A stretch of DNA of 64,000 nucleotides from Octopus sinensis (Eukaryota): contig NC_043011.1 of NCBI RefSeq assembly GCF_006345805.1, positions 66,972,464 through 67,036,463 of the forward strand. Reading direction: 5' to 3'. Positions 35,189-47,639 of the stretch are shown piece after piece. A model generated the notes under the pieces. The model searched no databases. It saw only the letters and a program-made list of their open reading frames with translations, and was not told the DNA's origin. Position numbers and translations under genes: made by a program. Every line of letters starts with the position of its first letter. Position 1 is the first letter of the stretch.

Positions 35189-37450
35189 TACAAATTGAGA
35201 TAGGGGTTGTAAATGCAACCCTCCATGGGATAACATATATCCAATATACTGCTAGTGAAGTACCCAACAAAGTTAATACATAAATGTTAATGATTGCGAT
35301 GCAATCAATTTATTTACTGTATTATATGGGCAAAGGTAAAATGGTTTACCACAAATTACTAATACGGGATAAGAAAATGGAGAAATACATCTAAATCAAA
35401 TATCAATTACCAGATAATACTCAATCACATACTTTATTAAACCACCACATAAGAGACTGTAGGGTTAAATATAAAAAGCAGAACAAATCAGTGTACATAA
35501 AGGAATGTACATAAAAAAGTGTACATAAAAGAGTAATGTTGTATAATAAGTAGAATATATATAAAAGAGAAAATAAATATAAGTAAATATAAATATTAGT
35601 ATAGATTACATCTTACAGCTGTTTCGGCCATGTAGATAAGTATGTCTCATTTTACCAATATTAGCCCTTTATGGTTGGTCAATATATAGATATAAATGAG
35701 ACATTTACAAAATTATCATAAGGCCTCTTCGGAGATTATGTAATATAAATCAGTCTACATATATACCCACATGGGTGTGGGTGCATGCCCATAATACAAC
35801 ATATACATATACATATGAGTGAATATACTCATACTCTTATACATATAAAAATATACATATACATAATGATATAAATAAATAATATAAATTAGTAAACATA
35901 TATATGTGTTCCACATTCAATGTCTCAGTTTTTCGACTTAAGAATAACAACTTGAGGGGTAATCCACATAGTGATGACGATACACTATGGCTAATAATAC
36001 CATATGCAATGCAGATTAAAACGGATATAGTCAGAACTATACATAAAGTAATATATAGACTATTTACTAAGGGTAAGAATAAATTTAGCCAAATAATTAA
36101 CAATAGAATTATTAGAATAGGATATAGTAACACGAATAATCTAGCCACCATCATCTCCTCCTTCAATAACAAGAAATTGGATTGCTTCTATAATGATAGA
36201 AAGATAAATATGGGTAGTAGTGAAAATAAGTGCAATAATATCAACAGAAATAGGGCTACGCAGATTTCTGCCAGGGTTAAATCTCCTCAATCGATTAATG
36301 GCTGCAATTGCAGAAGCAAGAATCAATGTGTGTTTGGTAATAAATGCCTGAGGAGAGAGGTGGTTTACCAATGCACTGTAAATACAAAATAGAATAGCAG
36401 GGTGTATATTGATAACTAAAAATAGTATAAAACAACGGCTAAACTATCATAGATATACTTTAAAAATAAAAATAGGATGAACTCTACGGGGTTAAGTACG
36501 TATATCTGGGAACTCAAGAGTAAGAACATAGATTTAAAATTAGATTGGGAAATACTAACATCTGCACCTGTATACAATAGTAGAAATAAAAATGCTCTTT
36601 ATGTATCAATGAAATGTTCTTCATCATCAAAGCCGGCCAACCCATTATTAACAGCATTAATGAGCGAAATTTTTTTTGCCTTCACAAATTGGCGTACACT
36701 TTCTCTAGATTTAAATAACATCTAATTCTTCTACCAGTAACCTTTTAGCATTCATCTATATAGAACTGTACTATTGGTCCTTACAATTTATATTTTATAA
36801 CTTTTGTATCTCCATGTATGTGTTCTACATTGATTGTTTCTGTCCCGACTGGAAAAATATACAAAAATATATAGTTATTCTGATATATGCATGGTATTCG
36901 GAACCCCACAGAGTCTTTTATAGGTGTAAGATGTATATGCGCATCATATCTTAGGGCACTAGTTTGAGTTTTTACTATACCAATATGTAATATGTAAGAG
37001 TCTATAATTGCTATAAGTTGTTTATCTCGATGAGCATATAAGGTGGGCTTTTTTTCTTTTTTTTACGGTTGGTTTGTTGGGGGTTGTGCGATTTCTGCGG
37101 CACAGGCGTGGGCCCGGGTGGCGCTGCACCGGAGTTTGTGAATTTAAAATTGTCATTATCTTCCTCACGGTTGGTCAATTGAGAGCCGCCTGACCTCCAC
37201 CACACCGCACAAGCAATTATAAAGTATTGTAGTTATGATATATCTTTTTCTAATGTTAGTTTTCGAATTGGCAGGCTCGTTTATATTAATAACAAAATAT
37301 TTAGATATGCCTTCACTAATGTTTATATAAGAAAACATATCATGGCATTGGTGTAATGATGGCTAATGATGTTGGTTGAAACGTCTGACACTAAATGCCG
37401 TAAATAATGTAGATGTAAAGTAAGTCAGAACAGTGTTAGGTCACTGAATA
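35185..37450 (+). mobile_element. Penelope-like element remnant: inverted pseudo-LTR followed by the 3' end of the GIY-YIG ORF and a 3' region
   Basis: CNCRSKNQCVFGNKCLRREVVYQCTV...RVYI...STGLSTYIWELK...LDWEIL (35900-36720). HHR-bearing segment on the opposite strand upstream; (TA)n flank. Confidence 0.88.
35605..35744 (-). ncRNA. Type I hammerhead with variant core CCGAAGA and ~100-nt stem II
   Basis: ATCT-CCGAAGA-GGCC...GGCC-GAA-AC[AGCT]GT-A-AGAT. Stem III ACAGCTGT is palindromic; internal stem ATGTCTCATTT/AAATGAGACAT. Confidence 0.75.
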
Positions 37451-38204
37451 ATTGTAACACAATTCAAAATGACATACCTTTTCTTGTTTGGGACACACGT
37501 CGACATTTGGAAAGTACAAGAGGTGAACGGATATCATCAATATATCACTTTGCCTTTGTGGCCGGAGGATGGCAATCTTTACATGTAGGGATACTACAGT
37601 TATAGCGTTATACAGATTATAATTAATATAAATCTAATGATGGTAATTTTGTCATCAGTTATACGAGTTATATGTCGATGTGTTCAGTGTTTCTAACTCC
37701 ATTTGCCTTCATGATTCTTACTCATAATCTCAGTATGGGAGGTGATTTCCTTTCTGATTTTCTCTCTCTATGTATCTCCCTACCTGAGTGATCGATAGGT
37801 AACTTGCTCTTTCTGATTGATAACATATTTTTTATATAATTAAGGTACATGATGTTTGGAAAAACGTTTGGTAAATGCATTAATCGTGATGTGAGGTTAT
37901 GCACCTGGTATTTTTAAAGACACAAAGAGTTCCAAACCATTCCTACCTCTATAAGTTGCTACTGCAAGTCGCAGGTCATAGCATTTTCCTTCTGGATAAC
38001 TCTTAAACTATTTCCAAAGTAAATAACTTCCGACAGATGAAATTCTATTATTGCAAACGTTAAATTCTATATTATTAGATATACCATCTCTGATGTGTAG
38101 ATACATAAGTATTTATATCTCATATGATATACAAACATACAGGGATACAAATGCATAGAAATTTATGCCATGGTCATTTACCACACCAAGGGTCTCCTCA
38201 TATG

Positions 38205-38373
<169 letters not shown>

Positions 38374-38391
38374 GTATATATATATATATAA

Positions 38392-38608
38392 TCTATAATT
38401 ATAAGCATAATTATAATTAGGGTTCAACAAATTGCTTCATCACATGCCGAAATTTAGAAATAGCAGTTAAATACTATCCCTCTACCATAAGAGATATCTG
38501 GGAAATATCTTATCGTAGAAGAATAGCATTTAACTGCTATTTCTAAATTTCTGTATGTGGTGAAGGAATTTGCTGAACCCTTATTATAATTATGCTTATA
38601 ATTATAGA
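38392..38608. repeat. Imperfect 217-bp foldback, MITE-like
   Basis: TCTATAATTATAAGCATAATTATAAT...GAAATTTAGAAATAGCAGTTAAAT is mirrored by ATTTAACTGCTATTTCTAAATTTC...ATTATAATTATGCTTATAATTATAGA. Confidence 0.9.
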
Positions 38609-39611
38609 ATTTTTGTATCAGGTTATCGATAAAGGTTATTTTAACATACCGAACTACTTGGTAAAATTTTTAATTAATTTTACCCTTTATTATTATTGAG
38701 TATATATATATCTATATGTATGTGTGTGTATATATATATTTATATGTATGTGTGTATATATATATGTGTGTTTGAGTTTGTGTGTGTGTGCATGTGCATG
38801 CGTGCTCATGTGTGTGAGTGTGTATAGGCATTATTTCTGTTACTTATTGGTGGTTTATTAGAACGTCTGGCTGGGCTAGAATATGTGCATCTAAATAATT
38901 GCTTTCAGTCGTTCTACCTCGACGCCAAACAAATTTATTCTGATCACATTCATACACTGTTTGAGAAAAGCTTTTAAAATAATTGCACGATTCTAAGTCT
39001 CATGAAATACGTAATCACGTAATGCTTCTATTGCGCAACTAAAATTGTTTTAACCGATTTCTATTACTTGAATTTATTAATCACATCCTATACTAAATAC
39101 GAAAGGGACGAAACGAAGAGTATAATATAAACAAACGTTACATAATCATAAAGTATGTCTGATTTATCGATCGTTTTTACATAGGGGTAAATTACTTCAT
39201 ATTTATGCATACCTGCATACAAATGTGAGTGAACGCGTGTCTCCGTGTCTGTCCGTGTGTCTGAATGATTCGTTTCGGCTAGAGGATAAATTGCGGTAAA
39301 TAATGGCGTTTAAATACTTGTTTGAAAAGCATTTGTGTTAGAAGAATTTGAAGGCAGCGTCTGATGTCTTCCAAGTGTTGGGTTTTGCGTTAAATTCCAA
39401 TATTTATGCTGTGTTCACTACTATTTTAGCTTCTTTGAATTCAGCCATTAAACCGAAATATTCGAAATTTCTAATTTTTATGACTTTAAACAATACATAT
39501 ACATACATCCATACACACATATATTTAATAATAATAACAGCAGCAACAACTACAACAACAACAGCAACAACAATAATAATAATAATAATAATAACAACAA
39601 CAACACCCACC

Positions 39612-40200
39612 GACAGGTATGAACATCATCGTGAGCCAGTCGCTAATGATAAAAATGTCACTATCCTCTGGGATTTTTCAGTCAACCCCGACAGAACGTT
39701 CCAGGCTAATCGACCATACATAGTCATTAAAGAGAGATACGAAAATACTTGTAGATTAATATATATAAGTCTTCCCACTGATAAAAAGATATTTGTAAAA
39801 GAATTTGACAATTTAAGTAAATATAAGGACCTGGAAATTGATATACAAAAGATGTGGCATCCTAAACCGAGAACTGTTCCTGTTAATGTGGGTGTCCTAG
39901 GTATGATAAGAAAGGGATGCTCGAATCATCTCGATGCTATCTCAGGAGAACCATGTATCAGAGAAATCCAAAGATTGTGCAGACAAGTGCTGCCCACATC
40001 CTAAGTAAAAACCTGTCAATTTAAATACGTATTGTATTACACAGAACTATATTGCTACGACCCCTGACACTTCCCCTCCTCAAACTTTCAGTCATACCTG
40101 TAACATCTCTTATAATTCCCTCACCCTAGGACGTTGGCATGTCTGGGTGAATGATTGTAAGAAACATGCAGATTAAAAATAAATAATAAATATAATCCAT
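39612..40200 (+). mobile_element. 3' fragment of an RLE-type (R4/Dong-like) non-LTR retrotransposon
   Basis: TILWDFSVNPDRTFQANRPYIVIK...SKYKDLEIDIQKMW...VPVNVGVLG, preceded by an (AAC/AAT)n tract. Confidence 0.85.
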
Positions 40201-40620
40201 GGCTTATAAATATAATAATGGCTGTCGTGGCTTCTCATCTGAACTGATTGGAAGTGTTATCATGTATATTGTTTTGTCTTGGTATAAAAGATGGGCTACG
40301 GGAAATATTCTGCTCAGTACCACAGATATGCTTGTCAGTTGCTTGACCATAACCATTTGAGCATGCCCCTTAGTGGCTGACGATATGTGCATCTCTGATC
40401 ACGTGCAGAAGTGATGGGGGAGCATCATAACCCTGTGCTGAAAGGGATTCTTGGAAGTTTGGATAATTCACATGTGAAAACATGGGTGTTTTATTCAACA
40501 TACTTAAACAACCCATATTCAATGACCTTTTGAGGTTACTCGACCTGCAGACAATTCTAACTGGGCCACACCTGCAAAATCATGCGCTGTTAATCTTGAT
40601 ATGAGATAACAATATCGCGC
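40200..40620. repeat. Unclassified interspersed repeat
   Basis: Resembles a high-copy octopus repeat I recall (TTGTCAGTTGCTTGACC...ATGTGCATCTCTGATCACG). Not verifiable within the window. Confidence 0.35.
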
Positions 40621-40713
40621 ATATATGTGATGCATGTGCCTGGTGTACCCCTATCAGGGCTTCGAATATTTTACCCCTGTGTCACTTTGATGGCATGCAC
40701 TGCTCTCTCACTC

Positions 40714-40762
<49 letters not shown>

Positions 40763-40789
40763 TTAATAATATTATAATGAACAAAAAGG

Positions 40790-41010
40790 AAAACGCATTG
40801 AAGGAAAAGAAAAGGTGCGGTCAGTTTGGAAGAGATGTGAACGCCAAGACAATTACAGAGAACCGGTGGCTATAGATGAGGTAGAGTGACCTGAAGATAG
40901 AAACAGAAGCACTCATATGAGCAACTCAGGTACCAACCATAATGACGAATTATATGAAGTGCAGAATAGACAAAACTACCTATAGCGACAAATGCAGAAT
41001 ATGTGGAAAC
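40790..41010 (+). mobile_element. Second R4/Dong-like fragment (pre-zinc-knuckle region)
   Basis: CGQFGRDV...RWL*...DLKIETEALI...TNYMKCRIDKT...KCRICG, immediately after (AAT)n at 40714-40770. Confidence 0.75.
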
Positions 41011-41016
41011 ATATAT

Positions 41017-41100
<84 letters not shown>

Positions 41101-41778
41101 GTATATGTATATATGCATGATACTTATATTATATGACTTATATTTATGTAGATGTGTATAACTTTCATTACATTTTACTCTTTATCTATACAACTCGCAA
41201 AATTAATCCTGCACAGTATATCACTGCAAAACCCCGCGAGATTAAGATAAATATTTGGTTGATTTGACCAGATTAAACCACATTTGTTGTCAAACATAAT
41301 TTAATATATTGTATTATTTGCAATCTTCATAGCTGTTGCCAGCAAGAAAGTGTCATGATTGCTTTGTAGATAATAATTGAATTTCTTTGGAGCGTGCTGC
41401 ATAGATGCTTGCATCATCTGTAAACATTAAAATCTTAAAAACCTTTTTCTGGGTTTAAGAGGAAAGCATGCAACCTCCTTTCTCTCATACTGACATACGG
41501 AGAAAATAAAAATAGAGGTTACTGGCAGAACTTTTCCCAGTTAGTTAAGTTTCCCAACAACTTGTAAAATGGCTCGTAAAGAGCCTTAGTCCTTTTTCAT
41601 TCACATTCTTACAGTGGAAGAATTCGTCTACATTTTTTATTGCCGTAAAAAGGTTCTATTGTACTTAATGTACTTTACTCTTGTACTTAATCTATTCTAT
41701 ATGTAAATTTACACCACCATATACACCTACATATATATATATATGTGTGTATATGTATACGTTTATATCTGTACGTAC

Positions 41779-41835
<57 letters not shown>

Positions 41836-41859
41836 TATATACATATTTTTTGAAATAGA

Positions 41860-43260
41860 AAGATGAATAATCTTGTAGCAGATTATTCAAAAGTTTAACC
41901 GATACCTCGGTAGCAAAAATCACAGCAGAAGACAGCACGGTTGGAGGTACAACCATATGGTGTTGCAACCGTGCGTTGGTGCGGATAATTGACATTAAAA
42001 TATTATTGGTGAATTGAAGAAATGGAGCTGAACGAAGATTGAACAGAAATCGTTTTATTTCATTCTACACGTGTTTCGAAAGGCACAATTTACCAAAATC
42101 CGATTGAATAATGAGACCATATTGTGTCTTTCTCTTCAGGAAGAAATAGGAAATGCGTTTGAAAAAACAAAAACAGAACAGAGGCGGAGCAAAACAAATC
42201 GAACTAGGCTCCTAAGAGCCCATGGCAAAACTATTTATCAGTGTATGTTGAGAACCGGTGGTTGAAGATTTTAACGGGTCAGGCAGCGGTCATTCCTGCG
42301 GGTGAGGGTGTGTAGAATAAGATTCACGTCGGCGAACTCCAAGATCAGAAACGCCGTCTACCAATGCAAGGTTTACACGGACTCAGATGTCTACACTTAT
42401 GTAGGGGCCTCATCGTCAAGATTGGCTTTGCGAATCTCCAATCATTACGCAACTTTTCGGGACATGAACAAACGCCAGACCACGGGACTCAGCAAGCTAA
42501 TATGGCGATTGAAGGATACGAACTCAAGCTACAGGCTGGAATGGTCAATTTTGTCGCTGGCCCTCCCATTTGATAGGGGCAGAAGGAAGTGCAACCTTTG
42601 TGTCTCCGAACTCTTCCATATTTTGTTCGCCAGATGCCGGATGGTAAACGGACTTTTACAGTCGGCTTTTCGATGCCCCCATTGGCGGCGTTACACTTAT
42701 CTGGCTTTTAAATAGCGTTTATAAATAATACATGCACCCATAGCCCTTGGTAACAAATTCTGAAATAGCCTTTAAGATAATTACGATTAACCACTGCAAG
42801 GGGAATTACTCCTGTAAGATAAACGGGGCTTTGTTTTTTGACGACGGGGGTTTCCTTGACAAGGCAGGTTCAGACAAACACACGCACACATAAAACATAA
42901 TATATTTTTTTCTGCCACCCAACGGTTCTTACTGCAGTAGCCATTGTGTAGAGCGGCTTAACCACTGACAGCCGAACGATCAAACGCACACACGTACACA
43001 AAATATGTTTTCTACCCCTTGACGGAGGTCTCGCCAACCTGCGCCAGCACACACATATATAGAACAGTACGAGACATAGACAGAAATATCCAGAAACCAG
43101 GCTGGCCTGCTCGCCTCGCCGCTAGAATTTTGTAGGGGTTCGCTCCCCTGCTCGCAATATCTCGGGTGCAGCTGTGCATCGTTAACCAGTGAGTGCAGAT
43201 GTCCTCTCGCGGATAAAAAATTGCAGTAAAGTCCGTTCGAACGCACAGCAATGTTGAAGT
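41860..43260 (+). mobile_element. Penelope-like element remnant: inverted pseudo-LTR (family A), GIY-YIG C-terminus, GC-rich 3' region, flanked by (TA)n
   Basis: ORF 42302-42715 AVYQCKV...YTYVGASS...RISNHYATFR...TGLSKLIWRLK...LEWSIL...KCNLCVSE. Confidence 0.92.
42056..42148 (-). ncRNA. Type I hammerhead ribozyme with canonical core
   Basis: TATTTCTTC-CTGAAGA-GAAAGACACAAT...ATTGTGCCTTTC-GAA-AC[ACGT]GT-A-GAATGAAATA. Stem II 11/12 bp; stem III palindromic; GUA at 42068-42066. Confidence 0.9.
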
Positions 43261-43270
43261 GGCTACGGAC

Positions 43271-43331
<61 letters not shown>

Positions 43332-44189
43332 GTGTGTGTGTGGTTGTGTGTATGTGTATATATATATATTATACATATATATATATATGTATATATGCAT
43401 GTATGTATATATGGATGCATATGTATACACATACTCCTTAGTATTAGTCTCTTTCTCTCTTACTCTCTTTCCCTTTGTGTATGTGTGTGTGTGTGTGATT
43501 GCGTTCCTGAATTTTCAGTGTGTAATGGTGTTTCTGATTTCTTTCAATAATATTATTTTTCGTGGAAGTGTGAGCTTTGACGTAATGTTTTAAAGCTATC
43601 AAGTAATTACGGACTGTATTTGAAATGAATTAGTGTAGTATCACGATCTCTCAGTCTATTTAAATTGATTAAATTAGGTTTAAAACTATCGAGTTTATTT
43701 TGGTTGGTTAGCAGTAGAAGCATTGATATGAATACTTGTGTAGTTCACCCCTCTCTCCGTCAGGCTTTTTCTTATGGTACATTGCTTTCCATTTAACATA
43801 ATTATTAGATTGTTGAGTTTTCTTATTACTCTTCCGATGAGGTTTACTCTATATAGTTTTACCACTGTTTTATTATTTATTTTATAACAAAGAAATTAAA
43901 GGGGCCTTCTCCGTCTCCACCTGGTTATTTTCGCGTTGTGGAGAATGGTAGGTAGGATAATTACTCACCAAGCAACGGTTCGTTTATATGTATATATTCG
44001 TAACGACTCAGTTAACTAAGCTCCCCGTTCCTAAAAGAATTTCACGTACACCAACCGAGTGACTGAAAACGTATGCCATCGGAGAACAGCTTAGGTCAGA
44101 TTTTGTTTCTCCATACAGGTTTGTGTTTCAAGTGCATTCATCATATCTCACTTTCTCTTCACTTCTAATCCCTTCCCATTTCCCTTTCT

Positions 44190-44240
44190 CTTATTTCTGA
44201 TGAGAAACAAATTATTCAGAAACTGCGCATGTTCTGTTCT
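44190..44240 (+). ncRNA. Degenerate hammerhead-like remnant
   Basis: CTGATGA-GAA...TTC-A-GAAAC-TGCGCAT-GTT; no stem I pairing. Confidence 0.3.
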
Positions 44241-44363
44241 TCTTCTGCTTTATTGCAATTCAGTTATTATATTGTTATTATTCATGTGCCTGGATTTTTT
44301 CTCTTGCAAATAGTACTTACGTAAACTGATATATATATATATATATACATTTATATATATATA

Positions 44364-44435
<72 letters not shown>

Positions 44436-44448
44436 ATATATATACATT

Positions 44449-44486
<38 letters not shown>

Positions 44487-44495
44487 CATTTATAT

Positions 44496-44529
<34 letters not shown>

Positions 44530-44889
44530 CATTTATATATAATATATATATATATATATCTGTGTGTGTGTATGCATGTGTGTTTATGCGTAGATAGATA
44601 GATAGATGTACACACACTTATACAAATAATTTTATGCTATAATATGCTATAATCATTTACGTAATTGCGTTGACAGCATTCCGTTCGTTTTAATTTCTGA
44701 GTTCAAATTCCACCGAGGTCGTCTTTGCCTTTTGTCCTCTCCAGGTTGATGCAATAAGTACCAGGTTTCGTACCAAAAGCAGAGTGGAATATTAACATTT
44801 CAAACCTACTACACAATGAACAATGGTGGCAACATCGGAAAACGTACGGTAAAATAACGTCCATGTATTTGAAGTTCGTAAAATCAACA

Positions 44890-46640
44890 ACAGTCTTCTT
44901 TGCGAAAGAGTGATGTTACAAGCGATATGATCTTAATTGTTATTAAGTATCGCGTGTTGCAACGATTAGTTTTGAATGAATGCAGCAAAGCCAGTGCCTG
45001 CAATATGATATTATTGGCAACACATCCCACTGCTAAAGAAACTTTGACACGCGCAGGAATAAAAATTTCGCTCATGTACAATATATTATATAATGTCTGG
45101 TTTCATGTAAGTTACATTTTACTTATTAGCATTATTTGAAAGTCCCCTTTTCAAGATGACAACGTAAGCCAAGAATATTATGAAAGCATTCAAAAATTCA
45201 TAACCTCTGCTCTTTTCAAACACACATATGTCAGCTCCATGGCATAAAATATCGTAGCTTCACCCCCAGAGACTTTGCGTCATGCGATATAATATGTCAC
45301 GTAATCTAAGCAGGTCTTTCCAGAAATAATATATTTTTCATTCTGAAATAAAGGTTTCTACCAATTTATATTGACTTAGACAGTCATATCAAATATGACT
45401 GGCAAAGAGTGCAAGATGGAGTGCTGCTAAAAATTATTCTAGTGTATTTGTTTTCTGGTTCTTTACGGTCTGAGTTCAAATCCTACTGATATCAACTTTG
45501 CCATTTATTCTATTTCGGGAACCAATGAATTGCCCGTCACGTGCTGGGGTACTAGGAACCGAGTAGCCTCTCCCCTCAAAGGTGTTGGCCATGCGTCTAT
45601 GTCAGCAGCTAGTATTACTAATATTAATAATACAGACACACACATTACTGTGTATGTGTGTATATCTATGTAGACTTGACTATCAAGATTTTTTTTCTGA
45701 TTCTCGTAAACCCTATTTTAAAAAGTATTAACAAAATATTGTATACAAAGGAATATAAAATTATTTTATATTAAGAATATAATGTATCAATATCAAATTT
45801 GTTCTACAAAACTTTTCTTGTGCTACGTGAAAGGTGGAAGGCGTTCAACAGATTTTTTTTTCTGTGAAAACTGCAAAGAATACAGATATGTGTAGATAAC
45901 AATGTAAATCTTTATTTCGCCCATGTGCCTCAGTAGAAAGGACATGTGAGAAGACGAGTAACATAAGAGAGCATGAGTAGTAAACCTTACACCTTATCTC
46001 AAACATGGCTGCCCTCTAAGCCAAACGTCTAATTAATTGCATCCAATAATGTTTAAGTAAAACCTGCAATACACACCGTAATAATCTTGCTAGTCTTCCC
46101 CAGCAAACAACTTGAAATATCATACAAAAAATGTTGGTATTTGTGTTAAACACTTTATAATAAGAAATAATGAAATAAAGTTTAGGATGCTTCAGTAACA
46201 ATGTACAAAATGGAAAATGTTTACTGTATAATTACATAATTATTAACTATTACGCTTCAAAAGTTGATGATATTAGTTTAATTATATTAAATTTAGTTTT
46301 ATGCTTCTCTAAATCATAAATTCTTGCTACAATCAAATCCACTGGGACCAGTAAATAGTCGGTGTCTGAATATACAACGCAATTTTTTTAAATTTCCCAG
46401 TTAAAGATTTGGCATTGAAACATATGAACTACTGCAAAAAACATTTATCATATTTAGACAACAACATACATTTATTAGGATACATAGTTGTTTTAATGGA
46501 GGTCATTACTTTAGCCATAAATCATTTTATATTATTAAGTAAACGGTTGCCGATTCAGAACTCAAACATAAATGAAATATCACGTGAATATTTCATTCAT
46601 TGTCGCTTGTAGAAATAATGAAGGTAATTTAGAGCAGCAA
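44890..46640 (+). pseudogene. Decayed coding-like unit, copy 5
   Basis: TTACAAGC / TATCGC / AGTGCCTGCAATATGATATTA spaced as in copy 1; CAAACATGGCTGCC (ATG 46005); TGTAGAAATA (46608). Confidence 0.45.
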
Positions 46641-47639
46641 AATGTCACAAATTAGTTTTCGAAATGTTTTCTTTCAATTGTGTGCAATATTTGTGTGAGT
46701 TACTTTCAACTTAGGTTGATAATGTCGTGATACAGCTTTGTTGCCGGCGAAACAAAGAAATAAAAGGATATACAGAAAACATGTAGTTGCAGAACACGTG
46801 AACGTATTCACTACATGTCGACGTATTCCTCACCATACACTTGCTCATTCCACGTATCCAGTGCTATTACATATCCTTGAGTATCGGATTATGTAAAAAT
46901 TGCCTTTATTGTAACATCACAATTAAATGCACGCTAAAATTATGGACGTAAGCACCTGCTAACCTTTACTTTCTTCTTGACTACCCGAAATATGCAAACA
47001 TACTTTTTATTGCAATCACAGAAATAAACACGTGGAGAATAAGAAGAAAAAAAAAGAAAACATACTCTTTATAGTCGGCCCCTCCTTAATTTTTCTCAAA
47101 GTCAATGTCACTGTTCGCAAGTTCCATCGACAACATTTGAACTCTCTTTCACCGATCGTTCTTCATCTCACTTTACGAAAGCAGTAGTTGCTGCTACAGC
47201 TACTACTACTGCTGCTACCAGAATTTACTGCTGCTACTACTACTGCTACAATTAGAAACATACAAGTTGACGATGACACCGAGATGTTTTTCCCCGTGTC
47301 TGAATTATACCGGTGGCACCGATGAAAAATCCCTTTCTTTTTCTTTGTTGGGAGAAAAGAGAATTTACAGTAAAAACAAACTTTCAGCCCTCCCTCCAGC
47401 GTATAAATTACTTAAAAAGAAGTTTAAAGGGAAAAACGTGAGAACAAATTAAATTAAATTAACGATAGACAAAAACATGTGCCTTCTCGCACATAAACAC
47501 AGTATTCACACATATACAAACATACGCAGACGTAAATATTGAAGTACTAAATGGCACATCAAATGATATTTAACCGTGTGGAACATTTTACATACATATC
47601 AATATTCTAAAGTTGGACCTACTATTCCTTATCCTAAAG

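Noticed and set aside
37160-37185. TCCTCACGG here and TCCTCTCGCGG at ~43202 as HDV-like L3/P3 motifs
   Set aside because: No P1/P2 pseudoknot partners were found.
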